Below are positions 42,401-51,936 of a stretch of 64,000 bases of DNA, piece by piece (positions within the stretch are counted from its first letter, which is position 1; the number at the start of each line of letters is the position of its first letter). A program made the translations under genes and the position numbers. A model generated the notes under the pieces. The model did not search any database. It was given only the letters and a program-made list of their open reading frames with translations, and was not told the origin of the DNA. Source of the DNA: Adineta vaga (taxonomy: Eukaryota > Animalia > Rotifera); the NCBI GenBank assembly GCA_021613535.1, contig CP075493.1:2914001-2978000 (forward strand), given 5' to 3'.

Positions 42401-43703
42401 TAATAGCTTTAGTTTCATATCGCTTAAACTCTGAGGTTGTCCTAAAAAAAATCCTTGTATAGATGAAAAGGGTCAATCGATTTTGTGACGACGGAAAATT
42501 CCAAGATGATAGCAAAAATGTGTTCTCTCCTCTATTTATGTTATTCGCCTTGTCTTTTCATAGATGAATACAAGATAAAATTATTTCTCATTCATAGCGA
42601 GCGATACATAGATAAATTCATAGAATAAGATTTCTTTTACATTACTCATCACAAATAAACGAAAACTTTCATGCTTTATCTGTCTTTTTCTATCATCAGT
42701 TCATTAGAAATCAAAATAATCATGAAGTCAGTTACTGGAATCATATATTCTAATTGATTCAATTTCCATATTAAAGTTACATAAATGATTTTTCAAATAT
42801 ACGAGTCGTTTATAATTTAAATTACTGATATCAGATTTTTTTGCGAGAAATCTTCGAAAAATGAATCAAATAATAATAGGACTCGAATTTAATTTTAGTA
42901 CGAAACGAAACGTCAATTTGATTTCTTTTTCCCATCAATCAAAAGATAAGTTTTAAGGAACAATCTTCATCTTTTCCAATAAAAAAACAACACGGAAGAA
43001 AAATTCGTTGTCTCTGATGAAATATTTATGAATAATTTGAAATTATATTTCGAAATCAATATAAAAGCTCTTTTATCTTTATAATTCAAACTGAACAATT
43101 TTTGTCTTAATTTTATTAAATCAAAAAGATTGGTGTTTAAAACAGAGTTTTTGCTTCTTGTGAATTAATTGAAGATGATGAATAAAGCGTACATTATAAT
43201 ATTCTTAGTATTTGTTTTCAAAACCATTTTGAGTATGAATGATGAAATTCAATTCAACGTCATTATAAATACCTATACGAATAATAATAAAAGTTGACAC
43301 TTTCTTTTAAGAAAGATTGTATTCATTAAAGGAAAAAATAGAGAAATTTCTCTATGGTATGATAATGTGTAGAATTAGAGAGAAAGAAAGCAAGACGAAA
43401 TATAAATCGAAGAAGAAAACGTATAAAATATGTTGCTCACTTCTACCTATGATAAAATAATCGAAACCATGTATATATTAAGAGATCTAATTAATACATA
43501 GATTAGCATGGGATTGATTCATTTCTATACAACACAATGACAGAAAATCATATTCAAATTTAATTTAATTATTTACTAGGATAGAGATAGAACGATCAAT
43601 GAATAATTGTGGAAGTTTGTCTTTAATAAAATGGTGAAACAATCTATTGGTTTGTGTTATTCAACATTTTCTCATTGATTTTTTGACACGAATGGCAATG
43701 CTA

Positions 43704-45000
43704 TAGGCGGTGGAACGCCTAGGCTGAGTGAGGCTCATCCTTACCCGAATTTAGATTCTGATATTGAAATTTACTCAACATCGACTTGGTCGATAAGAAT
43801 AGTTTTATATAAATACAAAGATTGTACTTTATCGTATGCTTTGTGTTTAATCTCTATTGAAGAAAATTAGAACATTGATGTGAAACTGGACCTAATAAAC
43901 TATGTAATTATGATTTTTAATGACATCTTTTAGTTTATTTACAGAAAAAAGACAATGTTCTATCTGAATGAACAGTAGAATTATATGACTGAAACAAACA
44001 AATTAGGCATCTTCGACGAAATCGTTTCAGAAATCGTATGTTAGCTAGAGTGACAAGAGTGACAGAAGACTATAAGAGTGCTCTTCTTTCTTCTTAATAA
44101 AATCCGAGTTCATGTTTTCATAAATGTTTACTAGACAAGAAGTAATCTCTTCCGGGTATATCATCTATGTCAACGTTTAGATTTTAACAAATTATATCGA
44201 TGAAACGCTCTGCTGGATCAATTCTTGGATTTTACTAAAAAATTAATAGACAAAAAATCCTCGTTTTCTACAGAAAATTCTGATGATGACACTTTTCGGT
44301 CGATTTTATTGTTGGTCCAACGAATTCAACTAATGAATCTGAATGTCAATCCATATTTCCTCGTAACGCACATGAATTCTCAAACATGAATAATCTGAAT
44401 CATTTTCAGAACTAACAATATCATCTTTATCGTCTGTTTTGGATCAAAAGTACCTCTTATTTCGAAATGCGAGCTTCTGTATTATAATTCATCCACATCT
44501 TATCATCAAAACAAAGAAGACAAGCATTTTTTGGACATATGGCCTAATGTGAAATAAGTAGTTATCATATCTTTGAAAATAGTTTAAAATTCGTAAAAAC
44601 GCTGTTATAACGAAATTTCAACGCGTATTTTGACAAGTTTTGTCTATCTGGGAAGGAGACAGTACTTTGTTTCGAAAATCACAACACAAATAAATAGTTC
44701 GAATTTCAAACTACAGTTTTGTGTTCAGAACTTTTCATTTGTTTAGTAAAAGGAGAAAACAAGTTTGGCGCACAATATATAGGGTTTAACTGAGCACAGT
44801 GGTGAATCTATTATTTTTATAACTGGGTGCGATTTAGGTTACAAACCATTTTAAGTCTAATAAAGGTTATTTCGACTTATTTTGGGCTTGATTTATTAAA
44901 AAAAAACTTTTAATAAGGTGCGATCGCAACCACCCCCTCATCTCGTTCAATTCGCCATTGACTGAGCCTTGCCCTATTTGAAAACGTTCCGTCGGCCCTA
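43704..45000 (+). mobile_element. Old hAT-like non-autonomous element
   Basis: Imperfect TIRs TAGGCGGTGGAACG / CGTTCCGTCGGCCCTA; GGCT(C/G)A...CCTT(A/G)CCC subterminal motifs at both ends; flanks ggcaatgcta / ggaagtgtta are only partly similar. Confidence 0.5.
44797..44960. mobile_element. 164-bp hAT-type MITE nested in the right subterminal region of the 43704-45000 element
   Basis: TIRs CAGTGGTGAAT / ATTCGCCATTG; 8-bp TSD ACTGAGCA (44789-44796) / ACTGAGCC (44961-44968). Confidence 0.75.
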
Positions 45001-45674
45001 GGAAGTGTTATACACATAGAATTATATTAATTCTTGCAGCATTATCAAAAAGTGACATGTTTTCTTCCTCGCGATTAGATTTAAACATTCTGCGAGTATA
45101 CAAATTATGGATTTTAATGAAGGGAAATATCTTAGAAAGATAAAGAATAATCGATTTTATGTTTCTTATCTATTTATGCTGTCCGCTCCGTCTTTTCATA
45201 CATGAATACAAGATAAAATGATTTTTCTCGTCTGATATAATTACACTACCATATATAAACAGACTTTCACTTGTCATTCAGTCTATACTGATCTTAAAAT
45301 AGTGAACTGTTCCACACTATTTTAAAATGATATATATTCTTTTTCGATTTTCTTCTTCTCTATGCATTTATAGGATAAATGATTCTTTTGCCGGAACACA
45401 AATGAATCATTCATCAAATATATGTATTTTATTGTTACAAGTCTGTTGAGTGGCTATTCTTTCACACTCAACACAGAAAAATTCTTCTTGTTATGTTTGA
45501 TACCAGCAAACATAACCGTGTAGGTCTTTTCTAGCAATACATGTCTATAGTACAGACATGTATTATTTACCTCAATATACGGTGGGTGATACTGCCCAGT
45601 TAGTGTTTCTCTATACGCGCGCGACTACACATATTTATTAATCTTCTCTTTATTACAGAAAAATAAAATATGAA

Positions 45675-48446
45675 TTATAATTTCTTTTTTACTTCATCCA
45701 GTTTATTTTTATACCACAGCAGATGAGGATGACTTTCTGGTAATCCTTCTTGTGCGATTTTTACAGCTCGTTGACAAAACGAAAGTGCTTTTGGATAGTC
45801 ACCCATGTTGTAATACACATTACCGATGTTGTTGTAAGATGTAGCCAAATCAGAATGATTTGGAAGAAGTGATTGTTGTTTGATTGCAAGGGCTTTTTCA
45901 TGAGATGAAAGTGCTTTTGGATAGTCACCCATGTTGTAAGACAGCGCACCGATGTTGTTGTAAGATGCAGCCAAATCAGGATGATTTGGAGGAAGTGATT
46001 GTTGTTTGATTGCAAGGGCTTTTGCATGAGATGAAAGTGCTTTTGGATAGTCACCCATGTTGTCATACACATTACCGATGTTGTTGTAAGATGAAGCCAA
46101 ATCAGGATGATTTGGAGGAAGTGATTGTTGTCGAATTGCAAGGGCTTTTTCATGATATGAAAGTGCTTTTGTATAGTCACCCATGTTGTAATACACCGAA
46201 CCGATGTTGTTGTAAGATGAAGCCAAATCAGGATGATTTGGAGGAAGTGATTGTTGTTTGATTGCAAGGGCTTTTTCATAATATGAAAGTGCTTTTGTAT
46301 AGTCACTCATTTTGGAATACACCGAACCGATGTTGTTGTAAGATGAAGCCAAATCAGGATGATTTGGAGGAAGTGATTGTTGTCGAATTGCAAGGGCTTT
46401 TTCATGAGATGAAAGTGCTTTTGGATAGTCACCCATGTTGTCATACACCAAACCGATGTTGTTGTAAGATGTAGCCAAATCAGGATGATTTGGAGGAAGT
46501 GATTGTTGTTTGATTGCAAGGGCTTTTTCATGAGATGAAAGTGCTTTTGGATAGTCACCCATGTTGTCATACACATTACCGATGTTGTTGTAAGATGAAG
46601 CCAAATCAGGATGATTTGGAGGAAGTGATTGTTGTTTGATTGCAAGGGCTTTCTCATAATATGAAAGTGCTTTTGGATAGTCACCCATTTTGTAATACAC
46701 ATTACCGATGTTGTTGTAAGATGAAGCCAAATCAGGATGATTTGGAGGAAGTGATTGTTGTCGAATTGCAAGGGCTTTTTCATGAGATGAAAGTGCTTTT
46801 GGATAGTCACCCATCTTGCCATACACCAAACCGATGTTGTTGTAAGATGTAGCCAAATCAGGATGATTTGGAGGAAGTGATTGTTGCCAAATTGCAAGGG
46901 CTTTTTCATGAGATGAAAGTGCTTTTGGATAGTCACCCATGTTGTAATACACATTACCGATGTTGTTGTAAGATGTAGCCAAATCAGGATGATTTGGAGG
47001 AAGAGTTTTTTCGTTGATGGCAAGTGATTTTTCATACAATCTGATCGCCTCTTCATATTCTCCTCGATTGTATTTGATCGAACCAAGTTGATGATAAATT
47101 TGTGCCTTGTCGCTCTCATTCGTTGCTTGATCAAGTAGCATTTCATAAATCTCTTCAGCCTTGTCATTCTGACCCAGTTTAGTTAGTACCAATCCCAATC
47201 TGTACCACCCTTCTTCGTCTGGAAAACTCTCCTGTCGTATGCGCTCAGTCAGTGCATGTAATTCTTTGTCACTATCACTGGTCAGTGTCAAACTCACTTC
47301 GAAGAGTTTGTTATTTCCACCCATTTGTTTGATATCCTGAATTCGAAACACGCTGTGCATTGAAAAAAGTACTTCATCTTCACCTGGAATGGCACTAAGA
47401 TCACGAATTGATGTAAATGTTGTTGTTGATTGTTTTGGATCAATTGTCATTACGAATAAAATTGCCACCAAATCTGGATTACTAATATTCTCTTTGGCAA
47501 ACAAGAGTGAAACATCTTTATCCTTGCTGGTGGATAAGAAGTTGTTAAATGATAGTAATCCACCTTTTGTTTGCTTTAGTTGTTGGAAATCTGCCTTTGA
47601 TAATCCTTGTCCACGATAAACTGTGAAAACATGATCAATATGTTGTTCATGATGCACGGATTCGATATGTCGATGTAGATCATTAATAAAGAAACCCATC
47701 CGTGTCATGATGTCGCCATCCATCATTCGAATTCCACGATTGAGCATGCGATAAAAGAAACACTCATAAGTATACCACCAGATAGGTGTTCTACTATGAT
47801 ATTGCCGCTCTAACTGTTTAATTTTTTTCAACTCTTCTTTGTTATCATTAAAACCATCACGACAATAATTGGCGTAATCTCGAATATGTGTGTCGTCGAA
47901 TTTGATGGTCATTATGATCTCCTTGAGGATCTGAGTATACATGAAAGAAGGATCTAGTTGATCCAACTTTTTGCCAGATGACACGAAACTCATTGATACA
48001 GCATTTTGTTCACATTGTGCTGCTGCTTGTTTGAGAGCTTCACATATATGTTTGATCTCTGTGAAGACTCCCTTGATCTTTGGCCATTCTTTTGCCCATC
48101 CTTCATGTCGTTGTTTGTTGCCACAGAAGATGAAAATGGAGTCCACTTCAGACAAATCATGTACCTGAGGTACAATAAGCTGTCCAAGTGAACCTGAAAT
48201 AATCATACATCCTTTACGATCTTTGATGGTTTCAATGAATTGAATGCATCTATCACTATCTGTATAAATATTCAGATCGTTGACGATATGTCGAAGTTGT
48301 GTCATGGTATTTTGACAATCCTCGTTATTGTCATCGATGTTGCTATCTAACCATATAAGTAGCACATTTTGGATCTTTTGAATATCAAGACGACGATGAC
48401 CTCTATGCGTTTCCTTTGAAACTGATGTTGATTTGCTACTTACCAT
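45675..48446 (-). CDS. Intronless 923-aa protein: receiver-like alpha/beta N-domain, NAD(+)-arginine ADP-ribosyltransferase (R-S-E clade) domain, and TPR array
   Basis: LLIWLD...IISGSLGQ...VDSIFIFC N-domain; ART motifs VYRGQ, FLSTS, GEDEVLF; about 12 TPRs, of which 10 are near-identical 42-aa units LPPNHPDLAxSYNNIGxVYxxMGDYPKALSxxEKALAIxQQS. Confidence 0.92.
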   Translation of the reverse strand: MVSSKSTSVSKETHRGHRRLDIQKIQNVLLIWLDSNIDDNNEDCQNTMTQLRHIVNDLNIYTDSDRCIQFIETIKDRKGCMIISGSLGQLIVPQVHDLSEVDSIFIFCGNKQRHEGWAKEWPKIKGVFTEIKHICEALKQAAAQCEQNAVSMSFVSSGKKLDQLDPSFMYTQILKEIIMTIKFDDTHIRDYANYCRDGFNDNKEELKKIKQLERQYHSRTPIWWYTYECFFYRMLNRGIRMMDGDIMTRMGFFINDLHRHIESVHHEQHIDHVFTVYRGQGLSKADFQQLKQTKGGLLSFNNFLSTSKDKDVSLLFAKENISNPDLVAILFVMTIDPKQSTTTFTSIRDLSAIPGEDEVLFSMHSVFRIQDIKQMGGNNKLFEVSLTLTSDSDKELHALTERIRQESFPDEEGWYRLGLVLTKLGQNDKAEEIYEMLLDQATNESDKAQIYHQLGSIKYNRGEYEEAIRLYEKSLAINEKTLPPNHPDLATSYNNIGNVYYNMGDYPKALSSHEKALAIWQQSLPPNHPDLATSYNNIGLVYGKMGDYPKALSSHEKALAIRQQSLPPNHPDLASSYNNIGNVYYKMGDYPKALSYYEKALAIKQQSLPPNHPDLASSYNNIGNVYDNMGDYPKALSSHEKALAIKQQSLPPNHPDLATSYNNIGLVYDNMGDYPKALSSHEKALAIRQQSLPPNHPDLASSYNNIGSVYSKMSDYTKALSYYEKALAIKQQSLPPNHPDLASSYNNIGSVYYNMGDYTKALSYHEKALAIRQQSLPPNHPDLASSYNNIGNVYDNMGDYPKALSSHAKALAIKQQSLPPNHPDLAASYNNIGALSYNMGDYPKALSSHEKALAIKQQSLLPNHSDLATSYNNIGNVYYNMGDYPKALSFCQRAVKIAQEGLPESHPHLLWYKNKLDEVKKKL
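45760..47005 (-). repeat. Tandem array of ten 126-bp units encoding TPR repeats
   Basis: ccgatgttgttgtaagatg(t/a/c)agccaaatcag(g/a)atgatttgga recurs every 126 bp. Confidence 0.95.
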
Positions 48447-51024
48447 TAACTTTGTTTCTAATGCGAATTTTGTAGTGTAAAATTAGTTGAAGAAGTTATT
48501 ATAATGAGAGAGTAGTGAAAAGATGCTACTTTTGTAAGTCTTTCTTCTTTTCATATAACTTTTTATTGTTATCAATTTAACGACACTTGAATAAATCGGC
48601 GAAAACAAATATGATAAAAGTGAAAACAAAAGTAACGAAGACAAGTTTCTTATCATTTTGTTCTTAGTCTTTACTGATACATGACGACTTGAAAGTTGGA
48701 AAAAAATTCTTTTTTGTTTATATCAACAGATACATTATAAATCGATGATAATATATACAGTTCAAGTAATATCTTTTCATCTTTATATAATAAATATTAA
48801 TTTGAGAACAAACAGTAGAATAATGAATATTCTCATTAGTTTTTTAGTATATAAATCAATTCATAAAATGAGATTTTTTACATTATCCTGAACATGGATA
48901 AACTATCTAGAACTTTGATGATTTACTTTATGTTTCCTAGGAAAATTAATCAAATTTATAATGAAATAATAAATATTTCTCTTTATATGCAAAGAAAAGA
49001 CATGAAATGTTTTTTTCTAAAATAACGATACAAAACTTGTTGTTATCGTCTAAAATTCCACGTGGAAAGTTTTGTATATCTAAAAAAACGAACATCACGA
49101 TAAAAGTAAATTTTCTGTTTGTCATATAATTTGTTTTCAAGATTTCATTTATTTCAAAATAAAAAACTAACTTTGAATTAAATTGTCAAACATTTCTTTT
49201 TATCGAATATGTTTAGATAATTCATAGAAAAAAGAGAAAATTCTTTTTTATATTTTCATCCTATAGTAACAAAAATGAAATAGAAAATATTCAACTCGTT
49301 AAGAATGTCAAATGAGTTTTATTAATCGAAGAATAAGAAGACATTGAAAAATATTTTCATTCCAATTAAAATTTCATTTCTTTGCTCTCTTATCAAATCT
49401 TTTCCAACAAAGAACACTCAAGAAAAGCTTTTTATCTATGATGAAATATTCGCATGACTCATATTTAAACGTTGTTATAATTATTAATGCATTAATGATA
49501 TTAGAATAACGATCTTCGAAAGAATTTACATAAGTTAACAAATTCATTTAATTAATTTCATAATTATGATCGAAGGTGAATAAGTATTGACTTTCTAAGT
49601 ATGGATCGAATCATATTGACATTTAAATCACAGTTTTTGATTATAAATGATGGAATTGAATTCGATGGTAGTATAAAGAACTATGTGAATAATAAAAGTT
49701 AGAAAAAGAGAAAGACAAAATATAATCAAAGAAGAAAATATGTAAAATATTTTGTTCACTACTAACTGTAATAAGATAATTGAAACTATGTACTGTATAT
49801 ATATAGAAAGAAATCTCGTTTGTTAGACTCCATTAATATATAATTAAGATGATGTTGAACAAACATTCATATGCATCTGTTTTTCGTTTTTTTAATCGTA
49901 AATTTACTTTTTGTGTTGACATAATTCTTTTGTTCTTTTTCGTAGTTGGAAAGAAAAAACAGTCAATATATTATAACCTTTGATTTCATATCGATTCTAA
50001 TGATTTCTATATCATTAAAATATCTCTGTATAGTCCAAATATCCAATTAATTATTAACATTTTTTCTTCTCAAAATTATTGAAAACATCTATGAATCGAC
50101 TACTCAGTTGTAAACGCTGATTCCGAATCAGATATTGGCTTTGAGTTAAATCATAGTTTCCTGATAAAAAGATACTTGAAAAGATCACAAAATGCGCAAA
50201 AACTGTATTTTAACACCAAATTGCCTAGATACGTCTGAGATGACCTGTAGTTTAGGAGTTTCCCAAATGCTTAGTTTTGTAGTTACTCAGAAGGACTATC
50301 AAAGATCTTCTATAGATTCATGAGATTTCTTACGACTGTAATCTCGGTCAATTCAAACACAAGAATTCATTCAGAAATCTTGCTCATCGAAAAATTGCTC
50401 GTTGTGATTTTGTTCCGTAGACATTCTAGAATGGTTCATTTCTCTCATAAACTTTTTGCAGTACACATAACTCTCGGATAAAATCCGAAGTTGCCATATT
50501 TATTTAAAACGCTCTTTCAAATCCTTGAATAAAACTGATTAAATGCAATTCAATAAAATGTTTTTTATAGAGAATTCAATTGAAATTTCTTCAAATAAAA
50601 CAGTTTGAATCGCTTTTACATATAATTCATATATCGTTTTTCTCGAGATTCTTGGTAGAATTCATGAAGAAAACATTGAACCTTATCGTTCTATGGTGCA
50701 CAGAAGTTTTCCTAATAGTCGATGTGATGTGGAACTATCAAAATTTCGTCTATGGCTTTAATTTGATTTTTTTTACTTCTATCGAATAATGTTCTCAACT
50801 GAAATTAAATCACTGTATATTTGATCTATCTGAATAAAAATTGAGATTTGTCAATGAATATTGATCTTTACTCACCTTGTTATAGAATGATTCAAAAAAA
50901 TCTAGATTTTTATTTGTTTATTTTCTGTTTAACTAAATCTTTTGATTATATTGTCAATAAATGATAGATGTTTTCTACTATTATATAGTGTATCTGAGGC
51001 TCAGAAAAACACTCACACCCACCC

Positions 51025-51560
51025 CGTCGTTGCTTTTATTGATTTGCATCTAAAGTATGACTCGGCATCGAGATAGGGTAATAAAATAAAGAATAGTATC
51101 TAAGAGAAAGAAATGTCGAAGATTTGTTCTGTCGTCTGTATTTTTGTCAATGATCTGCAAAAGAAATTAGTTTTGCTATTGGTGCTTTTGTTCCCTTCTG
51201 ATTCTCTTCGATTGCCATTAGATCTAATGATAAACACAAAACAATTACTTCACAATATATGTATATATCGGCAATCATAATCAGCGAAAAAGACATACAA
51301 ATGAATTTGGTTTTATTGAATAGATAAATTGAATTGAATATTGATTCACTATAGTCGAGAAAATATGTCATTGATATAAGATAGCTTCAGATCAAATATA
51401 TAAACAGTTCTATTATTCTTGTAATAGAAGTCAAAGTATTATTAGAATGTAAGGTCAATGATAGGTGAAATTTGAAGAGTATGATAATAGGCACGTCAAG
51501 GTTTTATTAATATGATTAATCGTTTTCTAGTCTGTCTGAACGAACGTGAATTATAATTAA
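51025..51560 (-). repeat. Third, partial copy of the calmodulin-like gene's 5'UTR/promoter region
   Basis: 51025-51258 matches 38263-38500 and 29156-29392; 51360-51560 matches ~39030-39267. No calmodulin coding exons follow. Confidence 0.88.
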
Positions 51561-51936
51561 ATACTAATAAAGAAGTTCTTTGTCACTTTTTGTTGCTATC
51601 TTCGATTCATAAGAAAAAGCCTGTCTTTCTTTTTTTCCTTGTTTTTGGTACTTCAACATGTCTTAATAAAATTCCGAGAGAATCGATCATTCGATTAGAT
51701 TGAATGATTTTTCTAGATGTTCGCTTTGATGCGACATCTGGGAATAGTATTTTCCCTCAAAAGAACACGCACACGATTCTAATCGTCTACTCCTAAACCA
51801 GTCATTCAAACAAAACTCTCGTGTAGTATAGTATTTATGTGTGTTCTCTTTTCTTTTTCTCGTTTGTCACACACAAACATCCCGACAAGTCAGAAGATGT
51901 ATTATTATTAGTATTTGTCGCTACATTTCTTATCTC

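Noticed and set aside
45760-47005. CRISPR-like regular repeat
   Set aside because: Contiguous in-frame coding units with no unique spacers, in a eukaryotic gene, and no cas genes.
45761-47167. Long alternative-frame ORFs (181 and 286 aa) and antisense ORFs over the TPR array
   Set aside because: By-product of a 126-bp unit that lacks stops in that frame, repeated ten times; no independent evidence of coding.
50050-50800. Sequence with the look of a decayed DNA transposon (acgctgattccgaatc...)
   Set aside because: Could not find TIRs, a TSD or a transposase fragment.
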